From positions 1,447,197-1,511,196 of the forward strand of contig NC_090600.1 of the NCBI RefSeq assembly GCF_000497125.1: a stretch of 64,000 nt of DNA. The letters run 5' to 3'. The notes under the pieces were generated by a model. It saw nothing but the letters and a program-made list of their open reading frames with translations, was not told the DNA's origin and did no database searches. Both the position numbers and the translations under genes were made by a program. Positions 1 through 13,748 of this stretch are shown piece after piece. The DNA comes from Spironucleus salmonicida (Eukaryota). Each line of letters starts with the position of its first letter. The stretch's first letter is position 1.

Positions 1-1
1 T

Positions 2-1618
2 AATAAAATAAATTGTACTGTTTTATATTTAGACAATATTAGTTAATTTGCAGATTAACTTATTTAATTTCATATTTAACGTGTTAGTACCTTAAATTAA
101 TATAATTATTCAGTGTCTATTTAAGTTATTGATGAACAGCCCTTTATGTCAATTAGTAAACATAACTTATAATCATAAATACTTACATTTTTAATTCCAT
201 TGCTAACCTTAATTGAATAACCAGTCAACGCTAATAAAGTTTCTGGTATTTAATTAATTAACACAATTGATAATCATATAGTATTTACTAATCTTTAAGA
301 TATACTATAACAAGAATATAAAAAGTTAGATTTATAAGTAAGAATTTATTTGCTTGCTAAAAATAATGCATGTTATATATCAGATACACTTTTGATATGT
401 GTATAGTCCTTAATACCCTTACCTTAAATATCAATAATCTTTATCACTCTTTAGAAAAAGTTGCCATTTTTACCTGCTGAGGCTATTTATACTGTAAATC
501 CTGTAAATCCAAGCATCGACTAATCTTTATTCTGTGTATAGAATTTAGATAGGTGTGAAATCGTTTATTCAATTTCTTAGTATGGGTTAAATGGAAAATT
601 GGATTTTGGTGAAACTTATTTATATGGATTTGTATTTAACACTACATTTTTCCAGGAGGTCATGACTACTTTACTTGCTTATAACTAAACTTATGAATTT
701 TATTAGCAAACAATATTTACTTTAAGTGGCCTTAACGAGCCTAGAATCAATATTATGTTATCTACTATTTCCACACACAAAGCGTTTTATTAATAATATT
801 AGTATATAATTCAAAATATAACGAAAACAAATCCTACAGTAGATAAAAATTTAATTCATTTTTGTAATTTTTATGGCTATCATTTATTATAGTGTGCGGA
901 TCATAATTATATAATTTAAAGCACAATCGATGATATTGCTTAGGAAATGTATTCAATTGTTGCTTTAAACTTTTATTATTAAGAATTTTTCATGAAATGT
1001 GATTAAATCTATAATATATATGTCAAAGAATAAGTGTGCATTGTTATAGCAATTAAAAGTAGAATTAAAGGGAAATACTTATTGAATTCTTTTATATCTA
1101 TGCCGCTAACAATATTCATAGAAAATTATATTATAAATTTCCAACCAAAATTTTTAGAACTAGAACATAAGTTTTCTACTATTTAACTATCTGCTAAAAA
1201 GTTTATAGAAATATCACTGGATTTAAAAATTGCATATCACTATTTATTTAAATATGGATATATATTTTGCGATTATTAAATTATAGATAATATTGGTAAC
1301 TACAGTAGCTAGTTCTCTAATTCTTTCATGAAAATTACATAGCTATAAAACGATGATATTTTACTTATTAAACACAGTGATACAATGTTTATAATACTAT
1401 TAAACACTGAAAAAATAGAAAACTATTTCGAATGTTCAAATGCAAAAACTATACTAATGTACAACACAGATGCATCATATATTTCAACCAAAAAGTTTAT
1501 ATATCAAAAAATTTAATCTAATCTAAGCCTAAGTCGCATTAATGTGATTTATCCCGCTATTGGATTCTCACTCATCATATTTGTTTCTTTACTATTATTA
1601 TACTATAATTTAATGTGA
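2..1618 (+). CDS. Hypothetical protein with C-terminal transmembrane segment (5' end outside window)
   Basis: Frame 2 has no TGA in the stretches read and ends ...IYPAIGFSLIIFVSLLLLYYNLM-TGA(1616-1618). It has many in-frame TAA/TAG. Confidence 0.7.
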
Positions 1619-1647
1619 TTTTATTTACTTTCTACACTAAATTAAAA

Positions 1648-3042
1648 ATGATTATTGCAACTTTCTCTGGGGTTAGATTTCTTACAGAAACTACCCCACC
1701 CTTAGTTGCTCATCAATATACATCTGCATTTGCACGTTATCTGAGGGTCAAAAATATTAAACATATTATTATTGGAAGTGATGGTAGAAGCTCTGCCAAT
1801 ATCTATCTACCTTTTGTTATTTCGTCTCTTAAAGATTTTTCCGTTGAATATGTAGGAGTAGTACCTACACCTACAATCCAATAACTTGTATAACTCTCCG
1901 AAGTTGCATGCGCAGGAATAATTTGTACGGCATCACATAATAATGAGGACTGGTGCGGGTTAAAATTTGTAGACTCAGATTCAATTTTCTTAAATCCAAC
2001 AAATTGTTAAACTGTTTATGGAGATCTGCAATCTGAGAATGTGGATAGCTAAGATATTTAAAATGCTTCAGAATTTGTTTAAAACACCGGAAACCGATAT
2101 AACTGTATATTTACCTCTAATACTATTGCAATTCAACGACATATAAATGCTATCCTGGCTTCTAACAAAATTAACAAAGATATCATCCGCGCAGCTAATC
2201 TTAAAATATCTTTTAATGGAATGTGCGCTTCAGGAAGCGCATATATCGAGTAACTATGTCAATAATTCAATATTATATTGGTTGAGCCGTTCAACATGAA
2301 ACTTGGTAAGTTGCCACAATTCCCTGAGCCCACCTTGCAAAATCTGAAGGAATTCGAATCGCATTGTGCATCTCTAGACATAGACTGCGCATTTGCAGTG
2401 GACCCAGATGCAGATCGCTGCGTTCTCATAGCTGGTGGAAAAGTCATTTCAGAGGAGCTCACTCTAGCTAGCGCAGTAACCGGCTATCTTTCCTTGAACT
2501 CTTCTCCATACGTCGTTAAAAATGTGTCTACGAGCCTCGCAACCGATGCGGCTGCAGCAAAATTCAACACGAAGGTACTTTAAACAGCCGTTGGTGAAGT
2601 GAATGTCTGCATGAAAATGAAGGAAGTTGGTGCTAAGATTGGAGGTGAGGGAAACGGGGGTGTCATCATGGCAGACGCACATTACGGCCGAGACTCCATT
2701 GTAGCCATTTTACTTATTTTGTAGTGGATTTCAATAGAGAAAAAGACACTTGCAGAGCTAATTCATGGACTAGAAAGCTTTGCAATTCTAAAGCTCAAAT
2801 TCGATTACCAGATAGAAAATAGAGGGTGTATCGAGACTAAATTAACAGAATTTTCCAAATTATAAGAAGCAAAGGGTTTAAAAATAGTACTTGTAGATGG
2901 TGTAAAAATTGAAAATCTAGGAAGCTGGGTCCAGGTCAGATTTTCTAACACAGAGCCGATTGTTCGAATCTTTGCAGAGGCTGAGGATCTCGCAACAGCA
3001 GAAAAGCTAGCAAAGGAAGTCTAGGAGTTTCTGGGATGGTGA
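1648..3042 (+). CDS. Alpha-D-phosphohexomutase (phosphomannomutase/phosphoglucosamine mutase-like)
   Basis: Table-6 ORF of 464 aa joining track ORFs 1615 and 2278. Motifs GSDGR, PTP, TASHN (catalytic Ser), DPDADR (metal loop), GGEGNGG, HYGRD and RFSNTEP. Confidence 0.93.
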
Positions 3043-3066
3043 GCTGTTTAATCTTAATTTGTTGTA

Positions 3067-5268
3067 TCACTTCAAATCCTACAAAATCGTTAGTTACTCA
3101 TCTGAATAGTTACCACTAAAAATAGGAAGAGTTAGAGATTTGTCTATTCGTCTGCATATAACCTAGGTAAACTCCGGAAAACTGTCGTAGTTAAGTTTAA
3201 TTTTGTCTGTAAATTTGATTAGACTTTATGTTTAGTTTAGGGTAAGGCAGAAATCGGTCTAATTGAGATAAATGTCAATAAAAATTGTTAAAAGTTTGTC
3301 TAAATCTATTAAAAATGGATCAATCGTGAGTTCTATCTTGTTGAGGAGAATGAATACATCATTTTATTTTTGATAATCAACTGATTGCCTTAAAAAGTCT
3401 ACTAGAAGTACCAAGCAAGTCCGTATATTAATATCTTGGTTTTTAACATTAATCTTATAATTTTCGATATCACCAATAACTTCGATACAATTAATCCAAT
3501 TTAATACTTTTTTAGATACATTTTCAATGCTTAAGTTTAGTAATCCGAGATCCAAACAGTCATTCACCGTATTATCGTCTAGAACTAGTCGTAAACTGTT
3601 TATATCGCTAATAGTCATTTAAAATCCTAAATTAATCCACTCTTATAATATACAAGTCAAAATAACTATTTATGGTGTCCTATTGGCTTTGTAGAATTAA
3701 TTAAATTTCGATATGAAATCTTTATTTTCCATCCCATTCAAACTATGATTTAAAGCTTATGTCGTCATCTCTGATACTTTTCTTTCTTTGTTAGTAACTG
3801 AAAATAACTTTTATCTAGCTTAAATACTCAGTTTAATCACTGAAAAATCATCTAACTCAATAAAAATTGCACTTAATATAGCCGAAATTGATCCACAGAT
3901 GGCTATTTAATACACATGCTTGTTAAGGTTCATATTAGATATAGATTATTCTAACATCGGTATTATTAAATTTCTACAATTTTTAATAGCTAAAAATATT
4001 TACTTATAACAAAACTCAGGATCAGAAATAAAAGAAGATATACCTTAAGGGAAAAGAGCCGAGAACTTTAGCTTGAATCCAATTCGCTAGTCATTTAGCA
4101 ACCCTAGTATATGTGGATTAGGTTACAATGCTTAAGACTAAAGAAGTTAAATATATAATTTTAATGCTGATGAGCGTACAGATGAATTATCATATAAAAG
4201 GTTCTCGAAATTTTTCTAATTTAATTTTAATAAACTTTCAGCTTATTTGTCATTATTAATAATTATTGCTAATAGGGCTTGTACCGTGGATTTTCTTACT
4301 AGGTTATCTTGATCAAATGAATTTCTAAATAATAGTTATAACATAGCCTCTTTGTTGGGAATGTCATTGAATTTTTAAATAATTTAACTTGCTGATCCAG
4401 CAGACACTGCTCTAACTACATTAGATGGATCATCTAAAGATTTTTGTAAAAAATTAAGTTATGCAACAATAGCATTGTCTTCTTGTTGACATAACGGAAA
4501 ATATTTTAAAACAAGCGTACAATTTCTACGTATAATTGGATTTGATGATGTTAATAATGATGCAAATGAAGATAAAAGAGCTTTAGAAGTTTATTTATAC
4601 TGGTGATTTGAATCAATTAAGAAATATTCAAACTATGTTAGAACTTTCATTAATTTATGTTGACTATTATATTCAAGCAGGCGATCGAAAAATAATTTCA
4701 AATGTTACGGATAATAATCTAAATATTAAAATAAGAAAATATGTTATGGGTTCAACTATTAATTAAAGCTTATATAATATAAAACTTTATCTATTTAGCA
4801 AATTTAGAATAAGGAAGAAGTAATATGCTTAACTTGATCGCTACCAGAATGATTCACAATAAGAAATGCACAATATTACTAAATAATATGCAACTTTTGT
4901 AACTATTTTGGATAAAGATTTATAATTTAGCAAGCTATTTTAATATTTTTCAGTGTAACTTATGATTAATTAAGAATTTCTTTTAATGCGTCAATGAATG
5001 TATTCTCACAATATTAAACAATAATACCAATCATTGCTTTTGATAATTCTGAAAGTCTAGCAGCATAAATAGATAGTCCAATAAATTTTTACTTCAAAGT
5101 AAGTTATAACTAAGAATTGATAAGAAATGTAGAGAATTCTAAGATCAAAGACATATCAAACTTTTATACTAGGAAGAAATCAACTTATTCTGCAATTTAA
5201 TTAAAATCATTACAGTTTTATTATATTTTTATGCATGCTATAAATTCGGTTAACGTTAATTTTTACAT
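3067..5268 (-). CDS. HEAT-repeat protein, candidate condensin II subunit CAP-G2
   Basis: 733-aa ORF. The block SNPIIRRNCTLVLKYFPL..LDDPSNVVRAVS..SFDQDNLVRKSTVQAL..LLYDNSSVR is collinear with the CAP-G2 core (N.EVR.NA....FP / L.DP.P.VR / LAFD....VR / LHDNS..VR) as recalled. Confidence 0.6.
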
Positions 5269-5415
5269 TATTAAAAAATATACTTAATAATATTTTCATA
5301 TAATATTGCTACAAGAAGCATATAACAAATTTTATTTTTGATAATACACTTTAAAATATCGGGTTATAAATTAATATTATATGTTATAAATAATGCCCTT
5401 AATAAAATAGTAAAG

Positions 5416-6162
5416 ATGAATACACTTAGTAATTCAAAAAACGTGCTTCTATAATTAGATGTTGCAAACTAACGTACTTTTTTTCTTGAGACATAACTCT
5501 TGAAATTGTAAGATGAAAATATATCTCTAAAGATTTAACTGCAGTCTTTTAAACGATAATAATCACGAAATTTCGCAACATAGTAAATAATGAAATTTGA
5601 TGATTTTTGTATAAAAATTAAGAACCTAGTTGCCTAAATCGATGTTTAAGAATCAAACTTATAAAATTTAGAGCGTGAATTGGAATCTCATAAAGAATAA
5701 TTTAGGGGTGGAGCGATGTTATAGGAAGAAATAAGCGGAATTAATTAGCTTATATAGCATAGTATAAATGTTGTTGGATAAAATGTGATACAAGTTCCTC
5801 GAGTTTAATTTTCAGAAAAATTATTTGATTTTAGTTGTTAGGATGTTACAGTAGTAACATAAAATTTTGGAATTCAAACAGATATAATAGAATAAATCAA
5901 TAAAACTGATACTTCACTTGATTAATTATCTCTTATTTAACTCTTAAGAATGAAAATTGACGTTCTTGATGGTTAAGTTAGATCAAATTAATTTTAAAAA
6001 GATTTTTTACCTGACTTTATTAGACTCAATTGTAAGATACAGACGTTACATGATAAATTGGAAAGTATAAAGTAATAGCCGAAACTGAAACTGAATGTTT
6101 ATGAATCCTTAGAGGAGTCTATATTGAGTTATTTAAATAATCTTAAAACAAGCTAAAAATGA
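5416..6162 (+). CDS. Hypothetical coiled-coil protein
   Basis: 248-aa table-6 ORF rich in L/E/Q/K. The TGA stop overlaps AGTGA. Confidence 0.65.
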
Positions 6163-6339
6163 GTGAGGATTTCAGTTGAAACTTTAAAAAATATAGCATT
6201 ACATGATGATAATCTCAATTCAAGCATATTATAGGTTGATAGTTCATTTTTATAGCAAAGATAAAATATTAATCGATGAATTTTTAACATTAACTATTTA
6301 AATAAACAAAAACTCCTATTTGCATTTTAAATTAATCCT

Positions 6340-8772
6340 TCACTCTTTTTACCACCAGCCCTTGATGCCTTTAGCAAAATTATTAACCGCTAAGCTGCAT
6401 TCATCAGCATGCTAGAAAACGCAAATTCCATTACTTTTGAAGAAACTTCTCAAATCATTAAATTTTCTGCCGCTTTCAATTGTAACTACGATATTACTTT
6501 CTATTTCGTTTTATAATTTCACCACTAAATTTGCAATAGAGTTTGGTTCGTCTATGAAGTTTCTGGTTGATATTTTTTAATTTATTGTTGAAGCTATCAT
6601 ATGTGTTTCTGGTACGATTGAGATTATTACAATATTTGACTCTTTGGAAATTGACTTAGCAATTTCATAATACGCTTCATCAGGGATCATTGGTGTAGTA
6701 TCGATGATTTCATCGATATCAACAACATTAGAAAGTTTGTATTTTGCGAAAAATGATATAATTTCATCCTTGATAACTTTTGAAGGCTGTGTAAGTTTTA
6801 AATAGTTATCTGAATTGGCCGGTAGGAAAAGATGGTCAGCATATACGCATTTCTCGAACCCTGCGTTTGTCACTATGCCAAGTCTTAGAACGTCTTCAGT
6901 ATACTCTTTATTAACAGCAGTTTGAGCAAAATAAATAGAATTTTCGAACTCCTGCAGCGAGTTTGTACAAATACCACCAGATGTCGAAATCAACTGATAA
7001 AACATATCGTAGCTCCCAGATAAGCTTGCAGTGTGACCTGCAGTGGCTTACGAGCCCTATGACGTCCTACCAGATTTGTAGACATAAATAAGCTTGCCTT
7101 TGTTTCTGCAAATTTCAAGCAATCTGATGAGTCTTTGACCATCGTTCGGGTTGAATCCTTCGATATACATACCAATTACTTTTATCTATTCTTTTTATTT
7201 GTCTAAATCGTGCAAATCAGGCCTTTTAACCTCGAATTCTTTCTCAAATTTTGATGCCGATTATTCATCCAAAATCCACTCCAAAAAATCAACTGCCGAG
7301 ATGTCAATTTGATTTCCCACTGACATAGAAACAACCGGAGACACCTTCTCAGCCAAATCTGAGAGTCTAGTGATCATGAATGCCCCTGATTAGCAAATCA
7401 AACAAGTATTTTATATCTTGTTATCAATAAGTACATTGTTATCATCATATGCACTCGATTTCTTGGAGTCTACGAAGATCGTGTTAATTTGGTTTTTCCA
7501 GGTGTATCCAAGGGTATTTGCACCGTTGATTAAAGGATAGAACTTGTTGTTGGGGTATAGCTCTTGTTTCTACTTAAGTTTCCACCTTAAATTTTACTCA
7601 TACATTTTACCTTGCTCTGTTTCTCCAAATCCTGCGCTTAGGACAAAGTTTGTATGTGAAAAGCCTGTGTCGATTATTGATTCTAACATTTCATAAGCCT
7701 GAAGTGCAGGGATCCCACAAACGAATAAATCTACTTATTTTAAGTTTTATTAGGCTTCTTGAAGAGTTTTAAAACATGGAGCTCCAAAAATATCCGCTGC
7801 AGTAGGGTGAATGCAGTAAACTTTTACATTTTTATTGAACTGCATCAAATTCTGCAAAACTACAGTGCAAGGATTAGTTATAGATTTAGAACTAGCTCCT
7901 ACTAATAATACCGATTGGGGGCTGAAGAATAAACCAGTTTTAAAGAGTGGTTTTAATCCTATCTTTTACGAAAGTTAAAGAATTTATTAGGGTATCGTAT
8001 GGTCATTAACCTTTACTACTCCGTCTAATGCGTAAATCTTACCTTCAGAAATAACAGCAGGGTTAATCTCGAGTTCCGATATTTAAATATTATTTTCATA
8101 ATACGCATTCATTAAATGTTGTACCTTGGTAATTAGAGTCAAAATTTCAGTAAATTCACACTATTGAGGTACTCCTCTGATTTTACCAGTCAGGAACTAT
8201 GTAATTGGTAGGTTTTCTAATCTTTAATACCAACCTGGTGAGGTTTTGATATCGATAGAAGCAGGAATAAAAAGAACAGAATCTGTAAAATTCTCTTTCA
8301 ATTATTCAACAGTAGTACCACCAAAACCAAAACAAACTAATGGTCCAAATGATTCATCGATTAAGCCAGATATCAATATTTCACCATTTGAGGGAGATTT
8401 GGTACTGAAAGAAATCATCTCAGCCACTAAAATACCTTCCAAGGTCAACGGTAGTCTAGATACAAAGCATTTTACCTTTTAGTCTACATTATCTGTTGTA
8501 ATGAATAACTCAACACCCTAGACCTCTGTTTTATGGAGAACTCCTGGAATTTAGCACTTAAGTACATAATTTTTCCCTGGTTATACAAACTATTTAATGT
8601 GCTATATTTAAGACAAAGGGAAATATTTACGGCAAGGAGTATTAATACCTAAACCGTCAAATAACTCATAGGCTTCATGTTCATATAAATACTTATCGGT
8701 TCTTAAAGATGCATTTTTTAGTAATTCATCATACTTTTAATCAAGGGTATCTGAATGTAGGTGGAACTGCAT
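6340..8772 (-). CDS. ADP-forming acetyl/acyl-CoA synthetase, ATP-grasp domain N-terminal to CoA-binding domains
   Basis: 810-aa ORF. N-terminal ATP-grasp (VLKC..PGVLHKTEVQGV, FGPLVCFGFGG, ELEINP), then CoA-binding LVGAS, SAGFGE, CQSGA, SVGNQID and catalytic GHTASLSGS, VTNAG. Confidence 0.9.
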
Positions 8773-8923
8773 TTTTAAAATCTGAATATAATTATTAAAT
8801 AATAAATAAGTGTAATTAAAATTGGATTTGTTTTTAAAATCACAATTAATAATGATAATGCAATATTATAATATAAATAAAATTATTAATTTGAACTAGA
8901 AAGTTTTACTGGTTTCCGGATAA

Positions 8924-10495
8924 TCATTATTCTGATCGAAATTCATCTAGGTTTAAAAATTAATTTGGTATATCATGTAAAACTATATCCAATTTCCGGT
9001 GGTTGATACATAATCTACCATTTGAAACAAATACATGGAGATTTTAACTAGCTTTTTCTAGGTCTACTTACTGGTGATCTTCTTATTTTATTTTATAATT
9101 TATATTCAAAATGTTAGCTAATATTGTCATCGCTATTTCATCATTAACATGATCAAGTGAATTTACTAATACACCTGCCAGTTAACATGATTTATCTAGG
9201 CCTATATATTATGCTGCTGCTAAGAAATTTCTCATTTTTTCAGCTTTAGTTAAAGGTATCCTAATACTCTTGATCATTATATAATTACCCTTATTCCATT
9301 CTAATTACTATGTAATATCGACTAACAATATTCCTTGATTAAAATATTCTAATAAACAACTGAAGTCTAAAGGGGGATTATCAAAATTGTAAGGCTGCTT
9401 TTACAACACTCCTAGACACATAATAGTAGTAATTATCTCATGCTCAATCTATTTGCTTATTTTAAATTAAGATTAATGAATCAGTTTTAGATGTGGAAAC
9501 CTTGACATAATACGATTTATAATATAATAAATTGTCTACTAAGACGGTGCTTATAACTCCCTAGCTGAATCTGTGAATATATTGTTCTTGGCTAGAAATT
9601 CTTAAAGAGATTTTGCATTTTATATTATTTAGAAAGCTTATTTACTGCACTGGAAAGGAAGTTAATACTTTTAATCCATAACAAGGTTAATAAGAGTTTA
9701 AAAATGCTATAAATTATGCCATGATGGGTCTTCTGCAATTGGAAGCCTATAATGATTTAAATATGCTTCCATATCATGAAGAGATGACTAGCGCGGTTTT
9801 CGCATTGGGTTTACAACTATAATTTCTTGAATGAGCTTAGTTTATGGACGCGGAAAATCAACATCATTATACGGAATAACTGTGTCTTTGTTACATTTTG
9901 CATTGAATAGAGTTTGGGCGTATACTTCTGCTTGCTCTAAATTTTGGACAAATACTTAACTAATTTAATCTAAAAGACCAAAAAATACATCAGAAAAATC
10001 TTGTTGCGAAGTAAGATCGTTAATTTTAAACAAAAATTATGTTGGTATACGCACATCTTCTTTCAAAACTAAAAATGCTCTTTTCCAGTTATTATTTACA
10101 AATCCTTTCTAGGATTCATTTATGGCAGCAATTTTCACATCATATAGTTATGAAATAAATTTAGTGAATACAAATCCATTGTAACAGATTTCAAATATAA
10201 TTTTCAACGAAATAACTGATTTGTAAGATTTTCGTAACAAATCTGTCAACTTATTATCTTATTCGGTAGTAGTAGCTACAAAAAATAACCACAGCTTATA
10301 CTCTTTAAGATTTGGTTATGTTCTATTTGTTGTAATTTTGATATTTTTTTTCTTTTACAATTGATTTTATTAAATTGAACAGTTATTTTTTGTATTAATA
10401 TCAAAATCATAGGTATAAAAATCATCTACTTTAAAGTTTTCAAGAAACATTGTTGGTTGATTAAGTACAAATTCTGGTGGAAAAATTTACCACAT
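8924..10495 (-). CDS. Hypothetical protein, possible calponin-homology-like domain near C-terminus
   Basis: 523-aa ORF. The segment LLEYFNQGILLVDITQQL..KAEKMRNFLAAAQYIGL resembles the CH-domain pattern (L..G.LL..L / N...FL.A....G). Confidence 0.55.
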
Positions 10496-10529
10496 TTTAC
10501 AATAATAATTATATAAATATAATAATAAA

Positions 10530-11849
10530 TCAAATATCAATATCAACAAGTTCTACCATACTCCCTTTTTCTAATAACTTCATAGAAATATCATTCGGCT
10601 AAACAGTCTAAATGAACTCATTATTTATATATACATCACAGAACTAACTTGTCAATACAAGTTTTAGAACAGACTAAAAATATTTACTACCTAGCTTGAA
10701 TTCCTAGCCTCCGATTAAAAATATACTTTCTCCACCTAAAAATTATAAACCTATCATAGTTAAAGTTTTTTCTTTTACTTGGTTATTAGAATAAATCAAT
10801 ATTTTTGGTTTTTAACTTGTTTTACCATGCTTAAATCCTGGCTATATCTTGCACACTATTTATTTTGTTGTCTAAAAAATAAGCTAATCATCATCCTCAT
10901 CCTTCTTAAAAAGCTTATTTAAGAAATTTTATTTCACAAGCTCAACTTTTGCTTGTTTTTAGTCATATGAAAATTCATCATCATTATCAGACCCTTTCTC
11001 TTAAATATCATCTTCAAAATATGATTGCGGATTTTGCTCTTGAATAAATTCAAAATTTTTACTAAAGTGAAAGTCTTCCATATGGCAAACCACAGGTGGA
11101 ACTATACATTCAACACTATGTCCTTTTTAGAAGAATTTTTGCTAATTATTTTTGGTAATTGGATTGTTCTTTAACAGTAAACTCTAGTTAAAACCAATAG
11201 CAGCAAATAATGTGCCTGTTAATATTGTTTTTCCACGTATTGTAAAAGTATACTGCCACACACCTGGGATATCTAAACTAACCATAACGGAGTAAATCTA
11301 GCCCTAAAACTTCCCTGCAAATTATTTTCTGAACATGTTCTTTATTTCAATATTATCGATATTTTAACCACTACACTTAAATTACGAATTGTCGATTTGC
11401 TGAGCAGTATTAATCCCCACAAGTTAAAATCCGTTAGAGGTTTATGTAGAGAGTGGCGAAAATTTTGGAAAAATAACTTAACCTGATTTATTAATAAGTT
11501 ATAATTCTATTTCATAAGAAAATCCTTGAATTTACGCTTGATCACTAACAATTTTATTCGAAAATGTCTTAATATTCATTACAAAGAGACCCAGACATTC
11601 TTAGTTAACTGGTAGTACTTGAGGATGGACAAAATAATATTCTGAATTTATAATTGATGGAACAAATGGGTAAACTGACTTCAGTGCAGTTTTTAGGCTG
11701 TCGATATGCTCTACTGAGATCTAGTTAAACATATCCTGAGTATTATGCTCAATCATTTAAGCATCAGATTCTGACTGACAAGTGTTATGATTTTATTGTT
11801 AATGTGGCTTAGCTAGAGAAATTTCATCAAAACTATTGTTCTATTACAT
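10530..11849 (-). CDS. Hypothetical protein
   Basis: 439-aa table-6 ORF (ATG 11849, TGA 10532-10530) with an acidic linker. No family recognised. Confidence 0.65.
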
Positions 11850-11971
11850 TTGATTTTAATAAAATTAAGTATGATAATTATAATATAAAATAATTATCTG
11901 CATATGAATATCAACAAAAATAAACTATTATTATCGTTATAATATAACTAAAAGGCATTTTAGTAAATTGA

Positions 11972-12757
11972 ATGGGAAGTTCAGAGTCTAAACGTGGAAA
12001 CCCTATTCCAGATAAGTACAAGACCTTCTAGGAGTTAGAATAAGCACTAAGAAACGCCGGCATCGAGTCCCTGCAGTGTGCTTTTTTCTTTGATTTTTCA
12101 AAGTCTAATACATGGACGGGGCAAAATACATACTAAGGAAGATCACTGCACGATACAACGTTTTCTAACCCTTATATTCATGCAATGGATGTTATGGCGC
12201 CTCTTATTCCTCGTTTTGACGATGACGGTATAATCCCAGCATTCAGATTCGGCTGCATGGATACAAAGGATAAAATTGTTACTCCATTACTTTTCCCTTA
12301 GGTTTAAGATCCTCATTTCTCTGGAATTGATGCTCTAAAGCAAGCATATATTTAGATATGTTAATCGGTAGTGATGTCTGGTCCAACCACATTTGCTCCT
12401 TCAGTCGAGCAGGCAATATAAATTTCTGCTGCTTACAAGCACTAATAGCAACTTTTTGTTATCCTTATAACGGATGGTGATGTCTCTGATCTAGAGAGAG
12501 ATAAGCAAGCTTTTATTTAGGCTTCAAATTACCCTATTTCATTTTGCGCACTAGGCTTCGGAGATGGTCCATTTACTAAAATGTAATTTTTTGATGACAT
12601 GAAAGGTCGCAAATTCGATAACTTCTAGTTTGTTAATTTTACTAAAATAGAATGCGAAAGCCGGCGCACGGAAAATCCAGAACTTATTCTAGCCACTAAA
12701 TTGATGCAAGAGTTGCCTGCATAATTTGAATAGATGAAATAGATAGGTATCATTTGA
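11972..12757 (+). CDS. Copine/RGLG-type vWA domain protein with N-myristoylation motif
   Basis: MGSSES start. Motifs L.NAGIES, DFSKSN.WTG, NPY, FDDDG.IPAF.FG, SGPTTFAP, LITDG, ASNYPIS, G.GDGPF and RKFDNFQFVNF. Confidence 0.9.
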
Positions 12758-12893
12758 AAAAATCTTGCAGTGATGGTATTTATTTAGCGGTTGATATCAA
12801 TTACATAATTTACTTTAGTGCGCGCTCAATTATGAACTATTATATTATAATATTTATTTTTATTTCTTAAGCAAAACGTAGACTTTTTACAAA

Positions 12894-13742
12894 ATGTTAA
12901 TCTTATTATGTTAAGTACAACCTATATTTTATATCCCAAGTAGCCTCCTAGTTATTAATTTACATATATAAACTAGCCAGTAAGATGAATCATTTTATAG
13001 TGTATCGTATAATAATTAAAACGTCACGTTTCGTTCTTTTTAACAAGCCTAATAACACATAAGTGATAATTTTCCCGAGCAATTTTGTTGGAAAGACTGC
13101 TAGCAATCTTAAATAATAATAAATGCTCCAATACATGATATGTAATTATTTGTTAAATCAATTTATACTATTTGGGATTTAAACTTAAATTACGACATTA
13201 TTTACTAAGAGAATGAATAAAGAAGTATTTAAGTAAAATCAATGTAAAAGTAATATTGTGATAATTTTAACTAATGCAAGTAAAAATTAAGTTATCTGAT
13301 AGAAGTATTAAAAAAGGAAAAAACAATTATGTAAGTCAATGATAGTGAAAGGTTATGGATAATATAACTAACTGGATAAAATAATATGGTTTTTGAGAGA
13401 CTGATATAAAATTATGATTATTTCTACTTCTGCAAAGATTAATAAGGGCTTTGTTCAATATAGAATAACGGAATTATTTTATAAAACTCAAATAATACTA
13501 CCTATAAATTAAATTAAAAAAATATATCAGATCTCAAAAATAGTATATAATCTCCATTACAAGTTGAAAGATCAATGTCGTAATTTGTTTAGAAATTTAT
13601 AGATAGAATGTAAGAATAATATGCAATCGAGAAAAAGAAAAATTATGCTTAAATTAATGGCTGGTTTTTCTTTTATTGGATTCTTATTATGATAGGTTTC
13701 AGCTTAGCAATCATTGTGACATTAAAAAATTAACTAAAGTGA
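12894..13742 (+). CDS. Hypothetical type I membrane protein
   Basis: 282 aa with a hydrophobic N-terminus (MLILLCQ..) and C-terminal TM (GWFFFYWILIMIGFSLAIIVTL). The stop lies in AAGTGA. Confidence 0.7.
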
Positions 13743-13748
13743 TAATAT

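Noticed and set aside
6160-6279. Frame stays open 38 codons beyond TGA 6160-6162 (possible readthrough or selenocysteine)
   Set aside because: With only one stop codon, such extensions are expected by chance. The TGA overlaps AGTGA like other true stops, and there is no redox motif or evident SECIS.
9950-10020. QQDFSDVFFGLLD resembling a ubiquitin-specific protease QQD box
   Set aside because: No Cys box or His box was found in the ORF.
12768-12830. GTGATGG...tagtgcgcgctca, weakly snoRNA-like
   Set aside because: Boxes C and D are both non-canonical and the complementarity is short. The AGTGA is better explained as the copine 3' signal.
12790-13714. Minus-strand ORF of about 300 codons
   Set aside because: It is the antisense shadow of the + strand membrane protein 12894-13742. 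Long shadows are common under table 6.
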